Source: Candidatus Heimdallarchaeota archaeon
GTDB taxonomy: Archaea; Asgardarchaeota; Heimdallarchaeia; Hodarchaeales; Hodarchaeaceae
Length of the DNA stretch: 64,000 nt
Direction of reading: 5' to 3'
Assembly: GCA_019057635.1 (NCBI GenBank)
Contig: DXJL01000104.1
Location: 32,001-96,000 of the forward strand
The notes beneath the pieces were generated by a model, which did not search any database, had not been told where the DNA came from, and was given only the letters and a program-made list of their open reading frames with translations. The first letter of the stretch is position 1, and each line of letters starts with the position of its first letter. Both the position numbers and the translations under genes were made by a program. Below are positions 9,623 to 19,665 of this stretch, piece by piece.

Positions 9623-10954
9623 CTATTCTTTTCTAAAAATTAAACAGTATATGTGACAACGATTACCTACCCATGCGTTATTGACACCTAACGCAAGCAA
9701 GCGTTTATCATCCTGTAACCAAATCTTTTCATCTTTTAAAACCCAATCTGATTCTGATAAGGTGGTTGCAGTATCGTAAGCTAACGGATAGAGCTTGCCG
9801 TTAGTAAAAACATTGTTCGTAATGACAACTAAATATCCTTTAGGTTTCATCAGGTTATGTATCTGACGAAAAACTCTTTTCTGGGTCTCCAAAAAAGTCT
9901 TGTAGTTGGTAATATTAGCAAGATCGAGTTGGTTTATTTCACTATATTTAGTGTCTAACCCTTTTGTTTTTCGATCTTTTTGACGCATTTCTGTACGATC
10001 TAGTTGACTCCAATATGGGGGAGAGGTGATAACGAAATCAATCTCAGAAAATCCGTATTTTTCCCAAATTTCGTATAACTTCAAACTATTAGCGTGGATT
10101 ACTTCCCATTCTCCTTTTTCTTTTGTTGTATAAAGAGGACTATAAGGAAGGGACGCCAGTTGGGCAAGTCGTTCATTGCTAATCCCCACATATTTTTCTG
10201 CAAGCTCAATTCCAACAGCATTTCTATTGCATTGCTTGGCTGCGATTACTGTACTACCACTTCCTAAAAAGGGATCTACAACTAGCTCTCCAGGTTTTGT
10301 GAAAAATGTGATAAACTTACGGACTAAAATTTCTGGAAATTTCGCAGGATGAAGAATTTCGTTCTTTTTACGAGGAGGAGGGCGAACAATTATCCAAGAC
10401 TTGGTCATTCGAAGCCATTCTCTGCCTGTAAGATAGTTTAACTTATTTTTTTTGTTCAAAATACCAAATGGACGCTTTTTTCTTCCTTTTTTTAGTGTTA
10501 TCAAGTCCCTCATTCCCCCCTGTTGTTCCTCTGTTTTGTAAACAAGAAATGTATTCTCTTCTAATTCATTATCAATATTGATTAGAATTCGTTCAATTTC
10601 TTGATTATAATGAGTGGCAAGTTGTGACCGTATCGATTTTGTAACTGATAAGAAGAGAGAATAACTTTGATAATCTATTGAATTTTTCAGTAAAGGGATA
10701 AATATTAACGGCGTCTCTAGATCCAAGTAAAAGAAAATTAATTTTTGTTTTTGTATCTGTAATTCGATTTGAAAACAATTCAAATTATTGTGCTTAATAA
10801 GCTCCCAAAGCTTTCTGAAGCTGGCTTTTTCTGGATGCTTAAGAAGATCATCAAGAGAAAAAACATGTAATAAAGTGTGAGGATGGCTAATAAACTCAAA
10901 ATACTTCCATATTTCATTAGTAACATCCTCTGGGCCTTTAGATAAAGATTTCAT
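9623..10954 (-). CDS. DNA amino-methyltransferase (probably N4-cytosine) with a ~150-aa N-terminal extension
   Basis: HPAKFP, motif I DPFLGSGST, then motif IV TSPPY; no cognate endonuclease nearby. Confidence 0.85.
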   Translation of the reverse strand: MKSLSKGPEDVTNEIWKYFEFISHPHTLLHVFSLDDLLKHPEKASFRKLWELIKHNNLNCFQIELQIQKQKLIFFYLDLETPLIFIPLLKNSIDYQSYSLFLSVTKSIRSQLATHYNQEIERILINIDNELEENTFLVYKTEEQQGGMRDLITLKKGRKKRPFGILNKKNKLNYLTGREWLRMTKSWIIVRPPPRKKNEILHPAKFPEILVRKFITFFTKPGELVVDPFLGSGSTVIAAKQCNRNAVGIELAEKYVGISNERLAQLASLPYSPLYTTKEKGEWEVIHANSLKLYEIWEKYGFSEIDFVITSPPYWSQLDRTEMRQKDRKTKGLDTKYSEINQLDLANITNYKTFLETQKRVFRQIHNLMKPKGYLVVITNNVFTNGKLYPLAYDTATTLSESDWVLKDEKIWLQDDKRLLALGVNNAWVGNRCHIYCLIFRKE

Positions 10955-11089
10955 TTATTATGCTAGCTTCCTATATTCTTAAAACAGCTTGTTTTTTATT
11001 ATGTGATGTATCTCGAAGAGAAAGTTAAAAAGGATATTTGGTTATAGTTAGATGATAATAGCGATATTGTCTTTTAGAGTCGTATCAAG

Positions 11090-11467
11090 ATGCCAGACTA
11101 TTGTGTTAACTGCGGTGAAAAGCTTGTTCAAGATGATATTTTCTGTAGTAACTGTGGAAGTGAAATAAAACAGGAGAAACCATCCTATAGTCCAAGACCT
11201 AGGCGTACATCAGACTATTCCGCTCGTAGTAACGTAACACCTCCCAAATTGTTTCGAAGTCGAAACGATCGGTGGATATTAGGTGTGTGTGGAGGTTTAG
11301 GAAGACATTTCAGTATTGATCCCATCCTCGTTCGAATAGGATTTATTATCACATTTTTTTTCTATGGATCAAGTCTCATTTTGTACATTATTTTAGTAAT
11401 TTTCATTGAAGAAGAAGAGCTAAATTCCGAATTTGCACCATCTCAAATATACGAACCACCCTATTAA
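11090..11467 (+). CDS. Zinc-ribbon plus PspC-domain membrane protein
   Basis: CVNCG...FCSNCG, then the PspC motif LFRSRNDRWILGVCGGLGRHFSIDPILVR and a TM helix. Confidence 0.88.
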   Translation: MPDYCVNCGEKLVQDDIFCSNCGSEIKQEKPSYSPRPRRTSDYSARSNVTPPKLFRSRNDRWILGVCGGLGRHFSIDPILVRIGFIITFFFYGSSLILYIILVIFIEEEELNSEFAPSQIYEPPY

Positions 11468-11566
11468 CGGATTTTGTATTCACATTTAACAAATTTCGTT
11501 GAATCTCGTATCGACCCGTTTTAAAACGAATTTTCTACACCGCTGAGTTCAATTAGAATATCGGAT

Positions 11567-11803
11567 TTGACAAATATGAATTATGATATTAAATTACCAG
11601 AAGAACTAGTTAACTTCTTCGATTCTGTTTTTACAGTGTTCGATTTAGAATTTACCGACAAGGAAAATATGTTGAAGCACGTATTACTCGAGAGTCTCGA
11701 GCATAGATTAGAACATATGGCTGAAAACCAAAGTTTTGAGCAACATAAGAAGTATCACAATTTAATTGGTAATGAAAAAGTTAAATGTGTTAGTTCTGAG
11801 TGA
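11567..11803 (+). CDS. Small hypothetical protein (possibly ribbon-helix-helix-like)
   Basis: 78-aa ORF beginning YDIKLPEELV. Confidence 0.5.
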   Translation: MTNMNYDIKLPEELVNFFDSVFTVFDLEFTDKENMLKHVLLESLEHRLEHMAENQSFEQHKKYHNLIGNEKVKCVSSE

Positions 11804-11833
11804 TTTCACATTATCCAATTTATATTCTGAAAC

Positions 11834-11859
11834 TCCTCAAGAGCGCATATCCTTGAGGA
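11834..11859. terminator. Inverted repeat between convergent genes
   Basis: TCCTCAAG-N10-CTTGAGGA, a perfect 8-bp stem between the stops at 11803 and 11864. Confidence 0.45.
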
Positions 11860-11863
11860 TACT

Positions 11864-12049
11864 TTATTCTTTTTCCCCGTATTCAATTTCCAGAGAAATT
11901 TTTTGAATATCCATTCCTTTTATACGTAATGAACTTACCATTCCAAAAGTTGAGTATCCAATAAAGTCTTGAACAAACTGTTTGAGGCCAATAGACTTAC
12001 CATTTACTTTGAGCTTTAATTCATTAACTTCTTTCATTTTCAACACCAA
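11864..12049 (-). CDS. Small protein resembling the archaeal MobB C-terminal domain
   Basis: LKVNGKSIGLKQFVQDFIGYSTFGMVSSLR pattern. Confidence 0.6.
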   Translation of the reverse strand: MVLKMKEVNELKLKVNGKSIGLKQFVQDFIGYSTFGMVSSLRIKGMDIQKISLEIEYGEKE

Positions 12050-12118
12050 GCCATATTTTAGAATCTTCAGGAGATAATTATTAAAATTCTATCCTAGAAT
12101 TTAGGGGAGTGTGATCCG

Positions 12119-12868
12119 GTGTCAGTTGTGAACTTAATTAATCTTGAGAATGTATCCAAATATTATACAATGGGAGAAGTCCAAGTTAATGCACTATCGG
12201 ACCTTTCCTTAGAGATTGATAGAGGGAAATTTGTCGTTCTGATAGGTCCCTCTGGTACTGGAAAAAGTACATTATTAAATATAATAAGTGCGATTGATAC
12301 CCCATCTAAAGGAAGAATTCTAATTGAAGGAGTTGATATCTCATTCCTGACCCGAAAACAACGTGCTCAATTTCGAAGACACAAGATTGGGTTTATATTT
12401 CAGTTTTTTAATCTTTTACCAACCTTAACTGCAGTAGAAAATGTTGAATTCGGTCTTGCATTAGTAGGTGTTACCAATTCATCTGGAAACATTTCCTACG
12501 ATACAAGAGACATTCACTCGACAGCTTTGGGATGGCTTGAAAAGGTTGGATTAACTCACAGAGCCAATCACTTTCCCAGCCAAATGAGTGGGGGAGAACA
12601 ACAAAGAGTTGCAATTGCGAGGGCATTAGCTAAAGATCCTCCTATTATAATAGCTGACGAACCAACAGGAAATTTAGATTTTCGTACAGGGATTAAAGTT
12701 CTTAAATTAATGAAAGAATTAAACAAACAAACTCAGAAAACATTCATCATTGCTACTCACAACAGTCAACTTGCAAAAATTGCTGATTATGTAATTTCTC
12801 TTCAAATGGGAGGGGTAGAAACCTATGATCAAATACCCAAGGAAGATCTTGACAATCTCATATGGTAA
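12119..12868 (+). CDS. ABC transporter ATP-binding protein (LolD/MacB type)
   Basis: [28 protein letters not shown]. Confidence 0.95.
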   Translation: MSVVNLINLENVSKYYTMGEVQVNALSDLSLEIDRGKFVVLIGPSGTGKSTLLNIISAIDTPSKGRILIEGVDISFLTRKQRAQFRRHKIGFIFQFFNLLPTLTAVENVEFGLALVGVTNSSGNISYDTRDIHSTALGWLEKVGLTHRANHFPSQMSGGEQQRVAIARALAKDPPIIIADEPTGNLDFRTGIKVLKLMKELNKQTQKTFIIATHNSQLAKIADYVISLQMGGVETYDQIPKEDLDNLIW

Positions 12869-12871
12869 GAT

Positions 12872-15559
12872 ATGACAAAAAGGACGAAGAATATGAATTT
12901 TCTTTCTCAATATTGGCGTAAAAAACTGATTGGAGATATCAAACAGCAAAAGTTGTTGTTTTCAGCCTTATTTTTCCTTTGTATCTTTGGAGTAGGTTCC
13001 TATGTAACTCTCACCATGGGATATACGAATTTATATGCTTCTTTGGATAGAATATATGCAACTACTAATTTTGCTGATGTGGAAATAAATACACACTCTG
13101 ATATATGGTTTAATATCTCAGAAGTTGAGTCATTCGTCAAAAATTTTTCTAAACAGAACCCTGAAGTCGGTACAATAAATTTTCGTCTATTAGCCGCATC
13201 AGGATATAATTCGTCAATTGAAACTAAAGACGGTACTCGTTTTCAGCTTACTGCTGGACGAGCTATTGGAATTGACTGGACTTTCTCTCAAACTGAGATG
13301 GTTAATGGATTTATTTTTACAGAAGGGATGGAAAATCCTAATCCAGTGAATAATTCGATCCTTTTAGAAGCTCATTATGCTCGTACTTACGATTTGCATG
13401 TCAATGATTCACTCCAAACTAAGATAAACGGACAGGAATTTAATCTTACTATTCAAGGTATTGTTTATAATCCAGAATCACTAATTGTAATTCCTTCACG
13501 TCATGATTTTTTACCCAATAATCGATTTGGTAATATTTATCTACCTTTAAGAGCTTTACAAGAATATACTAATCTCACTGATCTAGCAAATAATATTATA
13601 ATTAAATTAGCAGATGATTTACACGATGAAGCGCGTTCTTCAATAGTTTCTAACTTCTATAGAGAGCTTAATCTATACACCACCAATTCGTTTGCACCAC
13701 CTATTTTTCAAGAATACCAGGTCTCGAATTGGGCAATTAATATGGATTTAGAGGAAATCAATAAAATTGCTATTGTCCTACCTATTCTAATTCTTGGTGT
13801 AGCAAGCATTGCCATTTTTATTACTTTAAATCGTCTAGTACAAAGTCAACGTCGAATAATCGGAATTGCTTCAAGTCTTGGTTATACACCCAATGACATT
13901 CTTCTCCATTATACCTCTTTTTCCCTAATACTGGGGATTTTAGGGAGTCTCGTAGGAATAATTTTGGGAATTTTATTATCTGGAGGTATAACCTGGGTAT
14001 ATGCCTACTTCATGGGTTTTCCAGCCATTATTTCGGTGGAATTACAACTAGAAGTAATCCTAAGTGCATTTTTCATCGGGGTATCAGTGACATTTATCAG
14101 TGGTCTAATCCCCGCTGTTAAAGCTAATTTAATTTCACCACGAGAGGCACTTCAGGGGAATATCACAGTCGGAAAGGGACGATTTTCATTCATTGAGAAG
14201 TTATTAAGGATTCGATCATTTCGTATCCGCTTTACAATTCCTCTTCGTAATCTTTTTAGGCAAAGATCGCGCACTATTGCAACGATATTCGCGATTTCTG
14301 CCTCTGTGATGATTTTAGTTGTATCAGGTGCATTTAACGATTCAATAAACACTGGAATCTCCAAACAATTTTCTGAAACATCACCGTATCACTTAACGGT
14401 TAGTTATGATGGTTTTAAATTTGCAGACCTTGGATTACTAGATGATATTGCTTTTATTGAACAACTACCAGGTGTTGAGTCAGTAGATCCAGTTTTAGAG
14501 CTTCCCTCTATACTTGAGACAAGTAGTCGAAAGGAAGAAGCTCTAATCATAGCATGGAACTCCTCATCTCCTCGAGCTCACAATTTTCAATGGACTTCGA
14601 AAGGAGATCAATTATTACCCAACAGCAGTCTTATACTCACTTCTGGTCTAGCTAGGACTTTAGGTTCCTCTACAGGCAGTATTTTATCTTATGGATATCC
14701 AAGAATTCCTTATTTGAATTCTGCTTTTGAAATTGCTAATGCAACATGGAATATATGGTTTACATTTGGTGAAGAGCGTGCTAGAAATGAGACTTTAGAT
14801 GAAATATATTCACTCATCACCCGAAACAAAGAACGCTTATCATTCTCCCAGACCTCGGAAGGTGTTAACCTTAGGAATGCAGATATCACGGTAACAGGAG
14901 TATCTGAAGAGATATGGGGCAGTGTAGCTTATACCACTGTACAAACTCTTACAGAATCAATGGGTATTGATATTTTCAAAAATTCTCATCTTGACATTGA
15001 CTTATCTCCTTATTCCAAGTTAATTCTAAAGGTAAAAAATCCAAACAATCTTACTATTTTAGAAAATATAAAAACAGAGATCAGTTCTCTTAGTGAAATA
15101 CGTTCTATTACTTTTGGGTACGATTTCCGAACATCAGTCAACCTCACTATGACTGCTTTCAATGTAATTGTAACCATTTTCATTATTTTTGCCTGTATTT
15201 TAGCAGGAGCTGCAATTTTCACAACTATACACATAAACTTTCAAGAACGAGCACGTGAAAGTGCCACAATGTTAACACTTGGTTTATCGGATCAAGAATT
15301 CCTATTCATCATTACAATTGAAAATGTCTTCCAAACAATAATGGGTATCCTCGGTGGAATTCTTCCTGGTCTTTTACTTGCAGATTGGATTCTTAGTAAT
15401 GCTTTAAGAACTTTTTACTTCAGGATCATAGTTACACCCCAAACCTGGATTATTTTATGGTTTGGTGTATTATTAATTGTCCTTATATCACAGATTCCTG
15501 CGATAATACAAGGAGTCAAGATGGATCTTGCAGAAGTCACAAAGGAATTTTCTCATTAA
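12872..15559 (+). CDS. ABC transporter permease (FtsX/MacB-like, two repeats)
   Basis: Two repeats of TM, large extracellular loop and 3 TM (QRRIIGIASSLG; RARESATMLTLG); adjacent to the ATPase. Confidence 0.9.
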   Translation: MTKRTKNMNFLSQYWRKKLIGDIKQQKLLFSALFFLCIFGVGSYVTLTMGYTNLYASLDRIYATTNFADVEINTHSDIWFNISEVESFVKNFSKQNPEVGTINFRLLAASGYNSSIETKDGTRFQLTAGRAIGIDWTFSQTEMVNGFIFTEGMENPNPVNNSILLEAHYARTYDLHVNDSLQTKINGQEFNLTIQGIVYNPESLIVIPSRHDFLPNNRFGNIYLPLRALQEYTNLTDLANNIIIKLADDLHDEARSSIVSNFYRELNLYTTNSFAPPIFQEYQVSNWAINMDLEEINKIAIVLPILILGVASIAIFITLNRLVQSQRRIIGIASSLGYTPNDILLHYTSFSLILGILGSLVGIILGILLSGGITWVYAYFMGFPAIISVELQLEVILSAFFIGVSVTFISGLIPAVKANLISPREALQGNITVGKGRFSFIEKLLRIRSFRIRFTIPLRNLFRQRSRTIATIFAISASVMILVVSGAFNDSINTGISKQFSETSPYHLTVSYDGFKFADLGLLDDIAFIEQLPGVESVDPVLELPSILETSSRKEEALIIAWNSSSPRAHNFQWTSKGDQLLPNSSLILTSGLARTLGSSTGSILSYGYPRIPYLNSAFEIANATWNIWFTFGEERARNETLDEIYSLITRNKERLSFSQTSEGVNLRNADITVTGVSEEIWGSVAYTTVQTLTESMGIDIFKNSHLDIDLSPYSKLILKVKNPNNLTILENIKTEISSLSEIRSITFGYDFRTSVNLTMTAFNVIVTIFIIFACILAGAAIFTTIHINFQERARESATMLTLGLSDQEFLFIITIENVFQTIMGILGGILPGLLLADWILSNALRTFYFRIIVTPQTWIILWFGVLLIVLISQIPAIIQGVKMDLAEVTKEFSH

Positions 15560-15617
15560 TTTTATCATATACGATTGTCTACAAAATAAGATTTGTGGGT
15601 CATGTGTCTATAGTGGA

Positions 15618-17021
15618 TCAATCAGAGGTGGGTATGTTGGCAACAACTCGTCCATCATGTTTTAAGTCGATTAGATCACGCTGATGTAACGGCTTAAGCT
15701 GGTTTTCTAAAACGATTGGATCCATACCAACACTTTTGGCTAAGGCATCTAAGCTCATTTCCCCATTCATTCTAATAAGGATTGTAATCGGTGCATAGTT
15801 AGAAAGGGATAGAACTTGTTCAATATAATCATTAATATTTCTAACTCTGTTCAAAGTTTGAGTTGTGATCTTTGTTAGCTTTATTTCTGATTCACGATCC
15901 CTAGCTTCTTCTAATTCTGCGTTTACTTTATCTATTTCTATTTTATAATCTGTTAAATTTTTGGATATATTGTCATTTAGCTCTACGAGCTCCGTTATCT
16001 GTACATCCATTTGTGTTGCGTTATTTTCAAGTGAAGCATTTCTTGCAGATAATTCTGTAATTTGAGTATGCAATTCTTTCGAGATATCAGCTTTCTTTGT
16101 TTGAGCTTCTACCAGTTTAGCTTGTAGTTCTTCTATTTCCGCCTGGAATTGTTTGGTGTTATCTCTTAAGCGCGTTTTAGCTGATTCTTCATATTCTTGT
16201 TTAACTTTAGTTAATGAGATCTGGAACTGCTCGTTTTTAAATTTGTATTTTTCTTGTTGCTCTTGTATTAGCTTCTGATATTCTTCCTGTTGTTCAGAAT
16301 ATGCACTGGCCCAAGTTTCCATTGCTTCCGATGCTTGAGAATCCGTAAGAGAGTTTAATCGGGAAATTTCAGCAGTTTTGTCAATTAATTCCATCTGTAA
16401 GGAGGCATTTTTCTCTTCTAGCGTAACGAAATTTTCACCTTTATTATCTAACTTACTTGTTTTTTCACTCAATTCGTTTACAGTTTCTTCCAGTTGAAAT
16501 GATAAATCTTCATTTTTGGTTTTCTCTTCGATTATAAGATTCTGCATTTCTTTTTGATAACTGTCGAATTTTGACTCAATTTCAGCATACTCTTTCTCTT
16601 TCATCTTTAATTGTTCTTGCAAGGATTCATTTATATGATTCAATCGGGACAGATCATTAGTTTGATTTTTTAGCCTTTCTCGGTCGTATTTGGTAAATTT
16701 TTCGTTTGCACCTGTGTCATCGAACGTAACATCTTGGATTAACATATTTTTTATCCAATTAAATGAAGACATTGTAATACGTGTTAATTGGCTCTCGATA
16801 GACCTATTAACATCATCATCAAGTGATTTCAACAATGAATCAACATATACTCGATCTTCATGTCGTGTGATGATATTCGACCGATTCAGTAGGTCATTTT
16901 TGAATCCACTGAATGACACTCCCAATGTTTGAATTGCTATCTTTCTATCCTTCGCTAAATCCTTAATAAATTCTAACCCATATTTTCGTAATTTGGATTC
17001 ATTCGATTCATCCATGGTCAT
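15618..17021 (-). CDS. Long coiled-coil protein with C-terminal winged helix
   Basis: Long E/K/Q heptad-rich region; C-terminus GEMSLDALAKSVGMDPIVLENQLKPLHQRDLID. Confidence 0.8.
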   Translation of the reverse strand: MTMDESNESKLRKYGLEFIKDLAKDRKIAIQTLGVSFSGFKNDLLNRSNIITRHEDRVYVDSLLKSLDDDVNRSIESQLTRITMSSFNWIKNMLIQDVTFDDTGANEKFTKYDRERLKNQTNDLSRLNHINESLQEQLKMKEKEYAEIESKFDSYQKEMQNLIIEEKTKNEDLSFQLEETVNELSEKTSKLDNKGENFVTLEEKNASLQMELIDKTAEISRLNSLTDSQASEAMETWASAYSEQQEEYQKLIQEQQEKYKFKNEQFQISLTKVKQEYEESAKTRLRDNTKQFQAEIEELQAKLVEAQTKKADISKELHTQITELSARNASLENNATQMDVQITELVELNDNISKNLTDYKIEIDKVNAELEEARDRESEIKLTKITTQTLNRVRNINDYIEQVLSLSNYAPITILIRMNGEMSLDALAKSVGMDPIVLENQLKPLHQRDLIDLKHDGRVVANIPTSD

Positions 17022-17052
17022 TTTTGTCCGACAAAGTGATTTTCTTCATATT

Positions 17053-17375
17053 CGCTGACCTCTCTCTCTCACAACCTTAAAAGGTCTCCCTCCCTCACAT
17101 CTTCAACCTTGAGGTGATGAAAAAAATACTTCCTTAGCTCCAAGGTCATAATCTCTTGTAACTTCGTTAGACGAGTTACCCGTCAAAGGCAAGAGAGCAT
17201 TGCCCCAAATATGTTGAAAATTATTGATGTTGTGGATGTCAAAACTAGATGTGTTTCAAGTAGTCCCAACGGAAAGCATACATTCTCTTGTTGCTAACCT
17301 GCCGGATAGTAGATGTGTGACTCATCCAGTCCATAACTATTTTTCTAAATAGTTGTCTGACAAATTTAGTCATGA
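17053..17375 (+). mobile_element. Non-autonomous, internally deleted derivative of the tnpB element (MITE-like or omega-RNA-only unit)
   Basis: 17053-17086 matches the reverse complement of 1201-1234 at 25/34 nt. 17158-17190 matches the reverse complement of 515-547 at 28/33 nt. 17257-17266 matches the reverse complement of 1-10 at 9/10 nt and continues as QVVP...PDSRCVTHPV. Hairpin at 17333-17356. The right boundary is uncertain. Confidence 0.8.
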
Positions 17376-17442
17376 GACTTTTATGTAGAAACTGCAGCAA
17401 AAATATTCGCTAACAGATTGGTGATCCTGCAAATATTTTTAA

Positions 17443-18489
17443 TTATCCTTTCCACACATTGCTAGTATTGCGAGGAACGGGAATATCTTTCATTGTATAG
17501 AGTCCTTCACTGGAATTACATGCCTGTGGAATTAAATTTACGACCATAGCTGCTGTACCAAGATCACCATGTACGCCTCCAATTATTTTTTGATTGATAT
17601 TAGGCGTTCCTTGTATATTAACACTATCATATTCCTCATGATCCCCAGCGAAGGCAATAAAATCCATTGAGATGAAAATTTCTCCTTTATCCAAATTTAT
17701 TTGAGTAGCGTTACTTTTCAAGCCACAAACATCCCCTTTTTGAATTAATTTACCATAGGAAGTCATGAAATCCTGTGTAGCAAGTATGGGTTCAGGGAGT
17801 GATTCTACAATCCTTCCGTAAGATAAACCTAATGCTCCGATAATCATCTGAATTGATTCTTTTAATCCTACATGACCAGTTATTTCTTTCTTCTTAATTT
17901 TATCTTGAAACTCACTCGGTGACAAACCCGTACCAATCTTTCTTTGAAAGGGTTCTCTTCTTTTAGATGAGTTCATCATTCGTGTAATAGATATCTTTTC
18001 TACTTCTTGACAGGGAGCTGTTAACACTATTGGTAATAGATCCATCAAATATCCTGGATTAATACCCGTTCCAATAATAGTACACCCCTTTTCCTTTGCC
18101 AATTTGTCTAACTCCTGTGACAATTCTGGGTGGTTAATATATGGATAAGAAAGCTCTTCACAGATAGATATGACATTTATCCCCTCTAAGACTATCTCTT
18201 TGATAGTAGATGCAGCACTTATTAAGGAGGAGGTCGTAGCAACGATAACAACGTCAACTTGGGTACTAGCCAATATTGGTTTGAAGCTCTTTTGGATTTT
18301 AATTTGAGGAGCTGATGAATTTTCCAAAACATCACTTAATAATTGACCCTCAAGCTGAGGATCAATATCTACAACCCCTAGAAGATTGATATTTTCACGA
18401 GAAATTAGCAAACTGGTAATAAGTTTACCCATTGGACCTAAACCGATTTGTACAATATTAAAACCTTTAGCCATTCTAATTCGAACCAC
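17443..18489 (-). CDS. NAD(P)-dependent oxidoreductase, 2,4-diaminopentanoate dehydrogenase / DapB-like family
   Basis: GLGPMG Rossmann motif; NVISICEEL; GTGINPG; FQRKIGTG; GHVG; GGVHGD. Confidence 0.8.
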   Translation of the reverse strand: MVRIRMAKGFNIVQIGLGPMGKLITSLLISRENINLLGVVDIDPQLEGQLLSDVLENSSAPQIKIQKSFKPILASTQVDVVIVATTSSLISAASTIKEIVLEGINVISICEELSYPYINHPELSQELDKLAKEKGCTIIGTGINPGYLMDLLPIVLTAPCQEVEKISITRMMNSSKRREPFQRKIGTGLSPSEFQDKIKKKEITGHVGLKESIQMIIGALGLSYGRIVESLPEPILATQDFMTSYGKLIQKGDVCGLKSNATQINLDKGEIFISMDFIAFAGDHEEYDSVNIQGTPNINQKIIGGVHGDLGTAAMVVNLIPQACNSSEGLYTMKDIPVPRNTSNVWKG

Positions 18490-18491
18490 TT

Positions 18492-19451
18492 TTATTTGCT
18501 TAAATTAAAGAATTTTTCTGCATTCTTCCAGTAAAAATGTTCCAAGATCTTATCTGAAAGATTCAAGCCATTAATGTATGTCGGGGAATTTGGATTATCT
18601 TCATCAGGAAAAGGAAGTTCAATTTTTTGGTGGTTACTTTCCCAGAATAACCTCTGGGCCCAATAACGAGTAGCTAGATACTTTTCGTCGCGGTCTTCCC
18701 ATCCAACAGATAGATCTGTTGCAAAAAGTATCCTTTTGTAATGTTGTTCAAAGAATTCTTTTGTACGTTCGATATTATTCCCTAGTTCCCTAATCATCCA
18801 TTTAGTTGAGGCCGTGTCAATGTAGAGGTTTGGAAAATCATGTAAATCCTGAGTAACTTGTTTTAAATTCTCTGGGAGACTATGAAAATGAACACTAATT
18901 AATTTCAAAGACAAATGATTTCTCATTACTTCTCGAAACTCGCTCAATGCCTGCTCTTTTGATCTATATCGCTCCACGTCTTGATATTTTGTGGCATACC
19001 AGATGTCTGGATCAGCAACATGAATATCCATTGGAATGTGGTAATTTTCAATTAATGTAAAAGCTGGATCGAAAATTGGGAGATTAAGAGAAAATGGTTT
19101 ATCTGCTTCAAAAAAATCAAGGAATCTAGGACCAAACCAAACCTTAACCATCGAGTAATTTTCCAAGTGCGCTTCTTCAATAGCAGTGAGTATTCTCTCT
19201 GGTTCATGTTTGGCAAATGCATCAATCGGGAGATAATAAGCAAACTTGATCAGATCGTCGTGTCCATCCTCTTCTAAAGTTTTTTTTACATCAGGCGCAG
19301 CGATTCCCATGAAACGATGCACACCATATTTCCTACCAATCTTTAATAATGGTTCAAAGGCATCAGCGCTCCATATGTGAACATGCGAATCCCATATCTT
19401 CGTATTAAGCTTTGATAGTCCGTTTAGTGGATTAGAAAGATCAAACTGCAT
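18492..19451 (-). CDS. Amidohydrolase-family metalloprotein
   Basis: DSHVH, IHVAD, LYIDTAS, RILFATD. Confidence 0.82.
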   Translation of the reverse strand: MQFDLSNPLNGLSKLNTKIWDSHVHIWSADAFEPLLKIGRKYGVHRFMGIAAPDVKKTLEEDGHDDLIKFAYYLPIDAFAKHEPERILTAIEEAHLENYSMVKVWFGPRFLDFFEADKPFSLNLPIFDPAFTLIENYHIPMDIHVADPDIWYATKYQDVERYRSKEQALSEFREVMRNHLSLKLISVHFHSLPENLKQVTQDLHDFPNLYIDTASTKWMIRELGNNIERTKEFFEQHYKRILFATDLSVGWEDRDEKYLATRYWAQRLFWESNHQKIELPFPDEDNPNSPTYINGLNLSDKILEHFYWKNAEKFFNLSK

Positions 19452-19665
19452 GTTTTTGCCATTTTCTCATCAATGCAATAAACTTGATGTTTTTTGAAAA
19501 GGTAAAATTGAGTTGAAGTTTTAGTAACAAAACAGATCTCAGAAAGGATTAATAAAACTAAAAGACACCAACCTTTAAGATCACACAAAAAATTACTCTA
19601 TGTGGAAGATAATAAACGACTATCATGAAAAACAGTTTTTCCTTACCAGGATATTATCAAACTAG

